Below are positions 37,220 through 45,321 of a stretch of 46,560 nt of DNA, piece after piece. The notes beneath the pieces were generated by a model. That model had not been told where the DNA came from. It saw nothing but the letters and a program-made list of their open reading frames with translations, and made no database searches. Position 1 is the stretch's first letter. Each line of letters opens with the position of its first letter. The DNA is from a virus. The stretch lies in the IMG/VR virus record IMGVR_UViG_3300037483_001046; one strand, given 5' to 3'. A program made the translations under genes and the position numbers.

Positions 37220-37534
37220 TTAATCCTTTACCAAAGGTAGGTTTGAGACAATCCTTCGCAATTCTTTGTTGGACGAGCGATTACAAGGACAAATTCCAAT
37301 TGCAAGCAAATCATTATTGAAAGGAAAATCTGGCTCCCGAACTGCAACATGATCAATGGAAGAATTTTTCAAATCTTGTTCGATTTTCTCAAGATTGTCC
37401 GACATAAGAGCAACAGAATGACAGTGTTTGCCGCCTGGATTTGACTCTCCGGCCGCGTGGATTAGCTGACCCGATATTGTACCAATATCAAGATCGCTTC
37501 TGACAATACAGTAATGATGCAATTGCTTTGTCAT
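37220..37534 (-). CDS. Peptidyl-tRNA hydrolase type 2 (Pth2)-like protein
   Basis: YCIVRSDL..G..SGQLIHAAGE, VREPD...LLAIGICP...LPL resembles the Pth2 VRxDL..QxxHA..T(A/V)xGxxP..LxL pattern. Confidence 0.75.
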   Translation of the reverse strand: MTKQLHHYCIVRSDLDIGTISGQLIHAAGESNPGGKHCHSVALMSDNLEKIEQDLKNSSIDHVAVREPDFPFNNDLLAIGICPCNRSSNKELRRIVSNLPLVKD

Positions 37535-37785
37535 TTTCTTTCCTTTTCTATTTGTCGTCTTAACTCAATAATATCACAAAATACACAAACTCCTGCCCAT
37601 TCAAATTCGTTTCTCCTAACATACATTTTTGCACGTTCACCAGTTTTCTCTATCCACGCAAATCCTGATTGATATGAAGCAAGTTTACGATTATATTCAT
37701 TAGAGATTTCATGGTTGCGTCTTCTAAGCCTCAATATTTCGGCTCGCAACTCTTCTTCGTTCATTGTTAGGATTGGATCAGACAT
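37531..37785 (-). CDS. Small coiled-coil hypothetical protein
   Basis: ATGA overlap with Pth2-like gene. Confidence 0.5.
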   Translation of the reverse strand: MSDPILTMNEEELRAEILRLRRRNHEISNEYNRKLASYQSGFAWIEKTGERAKMYVRRNEFEWAGVCVFCDIIELRRQIEKERK

Positions 37786-38495
37786 GAGACTAAAAGAAAA
37801 GGGGATAGGTGGTGAAACCTATCCCCGAAAGGAAGTGACGAACCCATGAACAATTCGTCTTCTATGTTACCAGGATTGCATGCTCCCCTGGCAATTTGAT
37901 TGTACTTATTATCTTTTATGAAGTTAACAAAATTTTTGGAGCACCTAGCAGGATTCGAACCTGCGGCCTTTTGATTCATTAGGTCAACTGCTCTACCAGC
38001 CGAGCTACAGGTGCATTTGGCGGGAGAAGAAGGACTCAAACCTTCGACCTCCGAAGTCATTAGCTTCGGCGCTCTATCAACTGAGCTATTCTCCCATATG
38101 CGCGAAGAGATGGATTCGAACCACCGACACACAGAATGTGCACCTTCTGTTGCTCTGACCGCTGAGCTATCTTCGCATATTTGTTTTTTTCTAACTCTAC
38201 ATGCAACAAGTTTTCTGTTTGAATTGTCTGTTAAAAACTTCGCCTCTTCAAAACTTACAGTTGCACGTAATAATGTTCCTTTATGACCAAGAATCCCAAA
38301 TAAACAGTTTCCTGGGTCCGATTTTAGTTCTTCTTCAACAACTAAATCTAATTTCCAGACATCATGATCTGGATTTTTTTCTTGAATAAAATTTGCAAGA
38401 TCCCTGGAAAATGTAAGTCTTCTTACTTTCCCATCCAAAATCAATGCATAAATAACATCATTCTTGCAAGAGCATCTTAAATTAGATTGGCCCAC
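37767..38495 (-). CDS. Hypothetical protein whose frame runs through all three tRNA-like genes
   Basis: First ~105 aa look like a globular protein with an internal duplication (IYALILDGKVRRLTFS / LFGILGHKGTLLRATVS); no stop before the tRNA-like units. Confidence 0.5.
   Translation of the reverse strand: MGQSNLRCSCKNDVIYALILDGKVRRLTFSRDLANFIQEKNPDHDVWKLDLVVEEELKSDPGNCLFGILGHKGTLLRATVSFEEAKFLTDNSNRKLVACRVRKKQICEDSSAVRATEGAHSVCRWFESISSRIWENSSVDRAPKLMTSEVEGLSPSSPAKCTCSSAGRAVDLMNQKAAGSNPARCSKNFVNFIKDNKYNQIARGACNPGNIEDELFMGSSLPFGDRFHHLSPFLLVSCLIQS
37791..37826 (-). terminator. Rho-independent terminator after the tRNA-like cluster
   Basis: GGGGATAGGT / ACCTATCCCC perfect 10-bp stem followed by TTTTCTTTT on minus strand. 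Confidence 0.75.
37937..38014 (-). tRNA. Non-canonical tRNA-like gene, 78 nt, extended anticodon arm, loop CUAAUGA, encoded CCA
   Basis: GCACCTG TA GCTC GGCTGGTA GAGC A GTTGAC CTAATGA ATCAAA AGGCC GCAGG TTCGAAT CCTGC TAGGTGC T CCA. Confidence 0.85.
38018..38095 (-). tRNA. Non-canonical tRNA-like gene, 78 nt, 6-bp anticodon stem, loop CUAAUGA, encoded CCA
   Basis: GGGAGAA TA GCTC AGTTGATA GAGC G CCGAAG CTAATGA CTTCGG AGGTC GAAGG TTTGAGT CCTTC TTCTCCC G CCA. Confidence 0.85.
38101..38176 (-). tRNA. Non-canonical tRNA-like gene, 6-bp anticodon stem, 8-nt loop GGUGCACA, no encoded CCA
   Basis: GCGAAGA TA GCTC AGCGGTCA GAGC A ACAGAA GGTGCACA TTCTGT GTGTC GGTGG TTCGAAT CCATC TCTTCGC G. Confidence 0.82.
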
Positions 38496-38601
38496 CGACG
38501 CACCAAGGATCGTTTTGTATCCTTTTGGTGTGCGCTTGCGGGCTTCTTGTCCTGTGATGGACCCCTGAACGGGCTGACTGTCAATGGCTCATTACACGAT
38601 C

Positions 38602-38630
38602 ATCATATCAAGTCCAAAACGACTTGTCAA
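38602..38630 (-). promoter_or_regulatory. Strong sigma70-like promoter for the ORF/tRNA-like unit
   Basis: TTGACA-N17-TATGAT. Confidence 0.8.
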
Positions 38631-38650
38631 ATTTTTTTTCGTCTCTCTCA

Positions 38651-38947
38651 TCAAGACTGCCATGGACCTTGAATTACGTTGGATTTCTGCTCTTTCGCTT
38701 GCTCAAAAGATTGAGCCATAACATGGATAAGCGGCCCAACATCGCTTCCAATAAATTGGGTCAAAGCATCTGCCATATCAGGGTCTAATAAATCCGTCGC
38801 CGTCATAATCATTCCCAGACCTTCCTGAATCTTGTCCAAGCCCTCTTGGAATAATGCTTCGGCTTCACTTTGGTTGCTTTGATCTTCAACCTCAATTTCA
38901 TTGAGCATCTCTTTTATTAACCCTCTTATTTTTGTGTCCATTTTCAT
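38651..38947 (-). CDS. Hypothetical protein with KIRGLIKEMLNE leader
   Basis: ATGA overlap; shared N-terminal motif. Confidence 0.6.
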   Translation of the reverse strand: MKMDTKIRGLIKEMLNEIEVEDQSNQSEAEALFQEGLDKIQEGLGMIMTATDLLDPDMADALTQFIGSDVGPLIHVMAQSFEQAKEQKSNVIQGPWQS

Positions 38948-39366
38948 CGATAATTTATCTCATATATCAAATTTGCCAAGACTCGATGAATTTCATACAT
39001 TTCATCTCTAGAAAGTTCTTTTTTTGAATCTTCATAAACTTTAAAGATCTTCTCTTTTAGTTCTTTTTTACCATATTTCTCTATCAAGCCAGAAATAAGA
39101 TCTTTTCCATCTCTCATTTGTTCGTAAACAGACTTATATTTCTCAAATTCTTTTCTCCAGTTTGATTCAATAAAATCAGGATTTGATTTTGTGGTTTGAT
39201 TGATGGCCGAACTAATCGCTGTAGGAGAAGTTCTGCCAAATACTTGAGCCAAATTCTGATCCCTTCTCGCTTTTGCTGCCTTAATTTGAGGATCTTCCGC
39301 TTCTGCCCATCCTTCAAGGATTGCTCCCCGAATTATGCGCCTAAGTTGTCCTTTTGTGATTCTCAT
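38944..39366 (-). CDS. Hypothetical protein with MRITKGQLRRIIR leader
   Basis: Shared N-terminal motif; TATTTA 5 nt upstream. Confidence 0.7.
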   Translation of the reverse strand: MRITKGQLRRIIRGAILEGWAEAEDPQIKAAKARRDQNLAQVFGRTSPTAISSAINQTTKSNPDFIESNWRKEFEKYKSVYEQMRDGKDLISGLIEKYGKKELKEKIFKVYEDSKKELSRDEMYEIHRVLANLIYEINYR

Positions 39367-39399
39367 AACGATAAATATGATTTATGATATTATAATACT

Positions 39400-39924
39400 A
39401 TGACTGATAAAAAAATCGATATTGAAACACTTAATTCTTACATAAAAATGTATTTTTCTATGTTTGACCCAATTAAACAAGCCAATAACGAGCTTGAAGG
39501 ACAAGATGTAACAGATTTGCGAAAAACAATGAATTTCAATCCTCAAGTCCAAGACCCAATACTAAAACGACAATTTTGCCTTTTAAAACACATTGAATTA
39601 TTGACTGAACTTCAGAATTTCGCTCTCAAGCAGATTGGAGAGATGATGAAAGGACATGGATTTGAAGGAGGTGACTTAAAGGATCTTAATATTCCATGCG
39701 ATCTAAGCGCTATGCGAGAAATCTGGGAGGCTATTGAAACCGGCGTTTCTCGCACAGAAAAAGAACTAAACGCAACCGTAAAAACAGAACCTCTTATCCA
39801 ATCATGGACCAATCGCCAAACCAACAAAGATAAAAAGAAGAGTGCAGGAATAAGCCCTGACACGAAAGCCTTTTTAAAAGTTTTTGATTGGCAAAAAGAA
39901 GAACAAAATGAGTCAAAAAAATAA
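39400..39924 (+). CDS. Hypothetical protein
   Basis: 174 aa ORF. Confidence 0.6.
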   Translation: MTDKKIDIETLNSYIKMYFSMFDPIKQANNELEGQDVTDLRKTMNFNPQVQDPILKRQFCLLKHIELLTELQNFALKQIGEMMKGHGFEGGDLKDLNIPCDLSAMREIWEAIETGVSRTEKELNATVKTEPLIQSWTNRQTNKDKKKSAGISPDTKAFLKVFDWQKEEQNESKK

Positions 39925-40213
39925 TATCCAAAAGCGACGATTAGAAACCAAGCTTTTGAATGCTCTTGAGATTCTTTCAAAACGAGGTTCAACCCTTTAT
40001 TTATTCATGGGAAAAAACGCCAAAAGCAATCAATATAAAATAGCTAAAAAAAGATATTTGGCAACTCTAAAAGAAATTGATGATATAACCAAAGAGTTAA
40101 AGTCTAATATTGACAAATGTGAGAAAGATCTAATAAAAAATCAGACAAGAGAAAGGCTTACAAAAGCACAAGAAGAAGTTTTTAAAGAGGATATTAAAAA
40201 TGAAATTAGATGA
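39908..40213 (+). CDS. Basic coiled-coil hypothetical protein
   Basis: Operon packing. Confidence 0.5.
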   Translation: MSQKNNIQKRRLETKLLNALEILSKRGSTLYLFMGKNAKSNQYKIAKKRYLATLKEIDDITKELKSNIDKCEKDLIKNQTRERLTKAQEEVFKEDIKNEIR

Positions 40214-40409
40214 AATCGATAGCCAACCGAAGAAGATGAAAATGAAGAATTGCAGAGTTTATTACGTGAACGTAGGAAATGCCCCTCCGTCAGAAGTTCC
40301 AAAACTTATTTCAAGTTACGTTGACAAAATGTCTGAGAGTTATGATATCGAAGGTGTGATTTTTCAAGCTACTAGAGAGCATGATTCTGGCTGGCAATTC
40401 CCTACTTAA
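40200..40409 (+). CDS. Small hypothetical protein
   Basis: GAGG RBS; VYYVNVGNAPP motif. Confidence 0.55.
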   Translation: MKLDEIDSQPKKMKMKNCRVYYVNVGNAPPSEVPKLISSYVDKMSESYDIEGVIFQATREHDSGWQFPT

Positions 40410-40413
40410 TTTT

Positions 40414-40620
40414 ATGAGTGCAGAAAACGAATACTACAAAGGTACGAAAAAAAAGAAGAGGAAAAAGAAGAAAAAGCAAGTTGGCGGTCTCGGTTGGGGA
40501 GACAGCGCGAATTATGGAGCCATTGGAAGTGGAACTGGATTTGGCGGAGGCATGGGCGAATCCGTTCTTAGATTGTATATCCGAAATACAATTGGACAAA
40601 TTGAGGATTCTCTAAAGTAG
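40414..40620 (+). CDS. Small Lys/Gly-rich protein ending ESVLRLYIRNTI
   Basis: TACTTA upstream; shared amphipathic motif at C-terminus. Confidence 0.5.
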   Translation: MSAENEYYKGTKKKKRKKKKKQVGGLGWGDSANYGAIGSGTGFGGGMGESVLRLYIRNTIGQIEDSLK

Positions 40621-40628
40621 AATAGGAC

Positions 40629-41690
40629 ATGGATTTTGTCACATTTTGTGAAGTAGCAAGATTTTTAGGTCCTGAAATCTCTGTTATTATGCGAGGACGT
40701 CACGGCATTGGCAAAACAGAACAGGTGCGCCAATTGTCCAAAAAAGAGTTTAATCTTCCTTTGATTGAAAGGAGGCTGTCCCAGTTAACCGAAGGAGACC
40801 TTATTGGCTTGCCTTTTAAGCAAGACAACAAGATAACAAAATTTTTGCCTCCAGACTGGTTCTACAATGCCACAGAAAAGCCCCATATGATTTTTCTGGA
40901 TGAGTTTGATAGAAGTTCCCATGAGGTTCAACAGGCTGCTATGGAGCTTATTCTAGACCGCTCAATCCAGGGCACCAAAATTCATAAAGATTGTCGAGTT
41001 TATGCTGCCATCAATGGTGGAAAGCACGGATCAATGTATAATGTAAACCAAATTGATCTTGCACTCAATGATAGATTCTGGATTGCAGATATTGAGCCAA
41101 GTGTTCAAGAGTGGATTAACTGGGCCCAAACTGATGGAGAGGTTCTGCCTGAGATTGTCGACTTTATTACGGAATTTGATATTCATCTAGAAAAAAAAGA
41201 GATGGCGCAAGATAATCATACAATTACTCCAAGCCGCAGATCTTGGAAACGATTATCTGATACGCTAAAAAACAATCCACATATTATAGAAGATATGCGC
41301 TCTGAAAAAAGTTCTAATGTGTTTATTTCATTATGCATAGGATTTGTTGGGCATGACGCTACCGCATCTTTTAAAGAGAACATCATTAGCAAATCAAAAA
41401 TATCTTTTGATGATGTTATTAATAATTTCGACAAACATAAAGAAAAGATAAACAAATTGGATATAAGCAAGAAGAATTATATTATTGAAAAAACATTCCA
41501 AAACTCAATTGACAAAAAAGAAAAAGCGTGGAGCAAGGAACAAATGCAGAATATATTTAAGTTTTTTCAAACTTTGCCAAGTGAAGCGAAAATAAGCATG
41601 TGGGACAAGCTTACCGAATCTGACTGTAAAATGGAGAATAGCAAACCTTTCGCTGAAATGGTTGCTCCAATTATTCTGGACTTAGTTTAA
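40629..41690 (+). CDS. MoxR-like AAA+ ATPase
   Basis: GRHGIGKT, EGDLIGLP, FLDEFDR, AAIN, ALNDRF, PSRRSW. Confidence 0.88.
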   Translation: MDFVTFCEVARFLGPEISVIMRGRHGIGKTEQVRQLSKKEFNLPLIERRLSQLTEGDLIGLPFKQDNKITKFLPPDWFYNATEKPHMIFLDEFDRSSHEVQQAAMELILDRSIQGTKIHKDCRVYAAINGGKHGSMYNVNQIDLALNDRFWIADIEPSVQEWINWAQTDGEVLPEIVDFITEFDIHLEKKEMAQDNHTITPSRRSWKRLSDTLKNNPHIIEDMRSEKSSNVFISLCIGFVGHDATASFKENIISKSKISFDDVINNFDKHKEKINKLDISKKNYIIEKTFQNSIDKKEKAWSKEQMQNIFKFFQTLPSEAKISMWDKLTESDCKMENSKPFAEMVAPIILDLV

Positions 41691-41696
41691 AGGCTT

Positions 41697-43013
41697 ATGG
41701 GAATAAAATCAAAAATTGATAAGCTGAAAGACAGTTATTCGGAATTATCTGATCAAAAAATTAAGGATAAGTTATGGAACTCCTATGAATTTGATAGAAC
41801 AATGGTTAAATTTGTTTTTGATGAGCCATTTTATTCTTATATTTCATGTAGAGTAAACAAGAAAAAAGCAACAAAAGTTGGCAAACAACAACTAGACACA
41901 GCGGGCGTAACTGTTGAAAATGGAAAGCCAATTCTTTATTACAACGAGGAATACTTTAATAGCCTGTTTTGGCGAAAAAGACAAGGACTCTTAAAGCATG
42001 AGTTTTTGCATCTAATTTTCAATCATGTTACTTCTCGTGTAAAAAAAATAAACAATAAGGTTGACCCTGCTTGGTTCCTGAGCTGCGATTTTTCCATAAA
42101 TTCTTTGATACCGGAAATAGAACTACCTGAAGGCGGACTAATACCTGGTAAATGGCCCAAGCTATCCAAAGAAGAACGTCAAAAATACACAAAAGAACAA
42201 CTTCGGCATTTAGACTCTTTTAGGGAAATGATTATTAGTTGGCCGAAGGGAGAATCTGCTGAATGGTATTATGAACAAATTTGCAAAAACAGAGAATCAT
42301 TTGATAAAGTTAATGAAATGAATCAGTATGGAACAATTGATAAGCATATTGACTGGGACAATCTTTCATCTGAAGAAAAAGACTTATTAGAAAACGAAAT
42401 ACAAAATATTGTTAGAGATGCTGCTCACGATTGCACCATTAACAACAATTGGGGAAACGTTAGTCACGAACTTAAAGAGATCATCCGCAAAATGGTTTTA
42501 AACAAAATTGATTGGAAATCTCTTCTAAAATTCTTTGTAGGAAATAGCCAAACTATTCATTTTTCATCGACAATCAAGAAAATATGCAGGAGATATCCTT
42601 ATGTTCATCCAGGGAAAAGAAGATCTAGATCAGCCAGAATATTAATTGCCATTGATCAGTCTGGAAGCATGAATCAAGAAAGCTTATCTTTATTTTTTGG
42701 AGAATTGGATTCCCTTGCAGAACTGACCGAATTTGTTGTTCTTCCTTTTGATTCTAAAGTGATTGAAGATAAGATTTTCACATGGAAAAAGGGTCAAAAA
42801 ATGTCAGTTGAAAGGGTGGCTTGTGGCGGAACAGACTTCAATGTTCCAACACAATGGGCAAATGAACATTTTGCTAATTTTGATGCTGTTATCTTTATGA
42901 CTGACGGATTTTGTGGTAAGCCAATAGCTTGTAAAATTCCACGAGCTTGGATTATATGCCCAGACGGGAAATTAAACTTCTCGACACAGGAGCTTATTAT
43001 GCCAATGAACTAA
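41697..43013 (+). CDS. Metallopeptidase-like + vWA domain protein (DUF2201-like)
   Basis: TAGV, HEFLH, DFSIN; MIDAS DQSGS, GGTDF, MTDG; adjacent to MoxR-like ATPase. Confidence 0.88.
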   Translation: MGIKSKIDKLKDSYSELSDQKIKDKLWNSYEFDRTMVKFVFDEPFYSYISCRVNKKKATKVGKQQLDTAGVTVENGKPILYYNEEYFNSLFWRKRQGLLKHEFLHLIFNHVTSRVKKINNKVDPAWFLSCDFSINSLIPEIELPEGGLIPGKWPKLSKEERQKYTKEQLRHLDSFREMIISWPKGESAEWYYEQICKNRESFDKVNEMNQYGTIDKHIDWDNLSSEEKDLLENEIQNIVRDAAHDCTINNNWGNVSHELKEIIRKMVLNKIDWKSLLKFFVGNSQTIHFSSTIKKICRRYPYVHPGKRRSRSARILIAIDQSGSMNQESLSLFFGELDSLAELTEFVVLPFDSKVIEDKIFTWKKGQKMSVERVACGGTDFNVPTQWANEHFANFDAVIFMTDGFCGKPIACKIPRAWIICPDGKLNFSTQELIMPMN

Positions 43014-43133
43014 TTAAGTCTACTTATGGAAGGATTTTATGGATCGCAAAGCGAAACAAAAATTAGCAAGAAAACTAATGCTTTTGCGAAAATTAGAAGC
43101 GCTACAAAAACGAGCGCGACGCCAAAATATGTA

Positions 43134-43565
43134 TTATTCTGTTTCTATATCTGAGCTAAGTGGAAGCACAAAATTCGAAAATCCTTCAAAGTAGTATTTT
43201 TCTGGTGGTTTCCACAAACGAAATCCGCATGCTTTTAGATTTTTTACAGAAGCAAGATTGTCATGGCTTGTATAGGTGATAATTGGTAATTTGGACTGTT
43301 TTATCCTTTCTTTTATTAGGAGTTGTTGCAAGTGTTGACCTTGCCAGGAGGGCAACACACCTGCACGATTTAGAAAGCAATATTCTCCCCATCTCCGTGC
43401 GCCGCCGTAAGCTGTCGGCACTTGATTGTGATAAACAATCCACCAATGCTGATCACGGTGCCAAATAGCGATTTCATCATCTTCAGGAAAACAAATTGAG
43501 TCTAATTCTCTTATAAGATTCAAATTCTTATAGGTTTTCCTAATTTTTAAAACTTTAAAGCCCAC
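43134..43565 (-). CDS. GNAT-family N-acetyltransferase
   Basis: AGVLPSWQGQHL motif A, NLASVKNLKACGF motif B. Confidence 0.8.
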   Translation of the reverse strand: MGFKVLKIRKTYKNLNLIRELDSICFPEDDEIAIWHRDQHWWIVYHNQVPTAYGGARRWGEYCFLNRAGVLPSWQGQHLQQLLIKERIKQSKLPIITYTSHDNLASVKNLKACGFRLWKPPEKYYFEGFSNFVLPLSSDIETE

Positions 43566-43600
43566 ATTAAAAATATGGATAACAAACGATATTTAATTAA

Positions 43601-43831
43601 GTGATTATTATTCCAAATGGAAAAATTATTCGAATATATCATCATATAAAAACTCCCACTTATTGGCAATATGAGGACGAAGCTTTACGATATCATAATC
43701 GTCTTGGAATAGTTCTCGGGAAAGTCGAGTCAAGTGATTGGGTCAATGTTTATGAGATTTTAGTGGGGAAAAGGAGGATAAGTCTTGGGCGAGGATGGAT
43801 CCGATATCCCTGCAATAAGCCTTTTGTGTGA
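43601..43831 (+). CDS. Small SH3-like hypothetical protein
   Basis: GTG start, TATTTA 5 nt upstream; LGIVL..VYEILVG. Confidence 0.45.
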   Translation: MIIIPNGKIIRIYHHIKTPTYWQYEDEALRYHNRLGIVLGKVESSDWVNVYEILVGKRRISLGRGWIRYPCNKPFV

Positions 43832-43844
43832 TATGTATAAATGC

Positions 43845-44297
43845 ATGCCCAGATTTACAGAACATGTGGACTGCCCTTATAAAGCTGCTGGTATTCTTGC
43901 TTTATGCATGGAAACTGGAAGAGTCCTGATCGCACTTCATGGAGATCTAAAAAGGTATACAAGTGTTGGCGGTCACCTTGTGTGGGGAGAAAAGTTTGTT
44001 GAAGGAGCTTTGCGAGAATTCGTGGAAGAGACGCTTTATGACGGGACAATCGCCCTTGTCCGTGGATATCACTACACAAGCCCCGTCAAAAATTTTGAAT
44101 ATGTAAATTTTATTGGGATCGTCCCCCATGAGTTCCAACCCATGTGGGACCACGAAAATCTCTCTATGGAGTGGGTCAGCCTGTCTCAACTGTATGGGGG
44201 AAGACTCAACTTGCTGAACGAGTTTGAGACCTTTACCATCGAATCTCGACCACTGATCGACTGTTTAGTCCGAACATTCGGATTACTAAATGAATAA
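43845..44297 (+). CDS. Nudix hydrolase
   Basis: AAGIL....TGRVL, GGH....E....GALREFVEET. Confidence 0.8.
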   Translation: MPRFTEHVDCPYKAAGILALCMETGRVLIALHGDLKRYTSVGGHLVWGEKFVEGALREFVEETLYDGTIALVRGYHYTSPVKNFEYVNFIGIVPHEFQPMWDHENLSMEWVSLSQLYGGRLNLLNEFETFTIESRPLIDCLVRTFGLLNE

Positions 44298-44464
44298 TGG
44301 TCGGATGTAGGTCTTTGACTCACCACATGTAAGTCCGAGGATCACAAGGATAATGATGTAGGATAAGGGGTCACATTTGGTGACAAGAGAGATCCGCGTC
44401 AAAAATTTTGAGTGGGTGAAATTCCGTGATAAACGTGGTTCATAGGGTTGACTTTCCCAATGCA

Positions 44465-44884
44465 ATGGATATTCTGATGCTGTTCCCAAGACTCCGATTT
44501 CGATCACCCAAACCTCCCACAAGGTGCGACATGGAACCACAAGACGCTCACTTCGACGCTCATTTTCACTCCAGCGGTCTTTCGCTTGAACAGCTTCACA
44601 TTATGAAGCTTCCAAAGGTTCCTCCGCACCTTTCTCAACGTCTTAGAATCAATTGGGCAGGCAAAAATGGGCTGCCAGCTATGTCGGCTGTAGATGCGTC
44701 AGTAGACGGATCTGGACACCCGCTTGTTGTTATGTCCCTTCTTATGAAGAAGAGTCGGCGAACCCACGAGTTTCGATACGTTCATGAAGAGGAAATCCCT
44801 CACCATGATGTATGTAAAGAAATCCAGAATTACATCGAAATAGCCGAAGAGGAAATCCGCGAAGAGAAGTGGATCGGACTCTAA
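44465..44884 (+). CDS. Hypothetical protein
   Basis: ORF followed by terminator; start uncertain. Confidence 0.5.
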   Translation: MDILMLFPRLRFRSPKPPTRCDMEPQDAHFDAHFHSSGLSLEQLHIMKLPKVPPHLSQRLRINWAGKNGLPAMSAVDASVDGSGHPLVVMSLLMKKSRRTHEFRYVHEEEIPHHDVCKEIQNYIEIAEEEIREEKWIGL

Positions 44885-44923
44885 AACAAAATCGTTCGCC
44901 CGCTATTGTGACGGGACGTTTTT

Positions 44924-44949
44924 GGGAGCATTTTATGCTCCCTTTTTTT
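44924..44949 (+). terminator. Rho-independent terminator
   Basis: GGGAGCAT / ATGCTCCC plus T7. Confidence 0.65.
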
Positions 44950-45310
44950 ATTGGTTTTCGTCAATCTCAATGTCTTCCAATTCAAGCTCAATCTCTTCAG
45001 GTTCCTGAAACTTCAAAGAAGCTTTAACTTTTCGTTGAACATCCTCATTATAATAATCTTCATTTAAAGAAACAACAACAAAAGGAAACGGAACATATCC
45101 AGTTTTTGTAATGTTTTTTCCTGAGAGAATCACAAATATAACAAATAAAATGGACATAACTAAAACAGACAAAAATCCTGTTCCAATTGCTGCCCAAGAA
45201 AACATTGGAATATCTGCAATAATTTTGAGAACAAATAAAGTTATGGCAAAATTTGAAATACCAACGTACATGATTACGCCTTCAAGCAGCATTGTTGTAA
45301 CCAATCTCAT
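44948..45310 (-). CDS. Two-TM membrane protein with acidic tail
   Basis: Hydrophobic N-terminal two thirds. Confidence 0.6.
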   Translation of the reverse strand: MRLVTTMLLEGVIMYVGISNFAITLFVLKIIADIPMFSWAAIGTGFLSVLVMSILFVIFVILSGKNITKTGYVPFPFVVVSLNEDYYNEDVQRKVKASLKFQEPEEIELELEDIEIDENQ

Positions 45311-45321
45311 ATCTAACGCCT

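Noticed and set aside
37937-38095. Stop-codon suppressor tRNAs or a recoded genome
   Set aside because: Loops contain UAA/UGA in sense, not the complementary anticodon in register; genes are intact under code 11 and use all three stops
37937-38176. Calling these ordinary tRNA-Ile(AAU) x2 and tRNA-Cys(GCA)
   Set aside because: Anticodon arms are 2-3 nt too long, and acceptor/discriminator bases differ between the two AAU-loop genes and do not fit Ile (A73) or Cys (U73) identity
40629-43013. MoxR-like AAA + vWA pair as a novel system
   Set aside because: Common, well-known gene pair in large phages and bacteria; nothing unusual visible here
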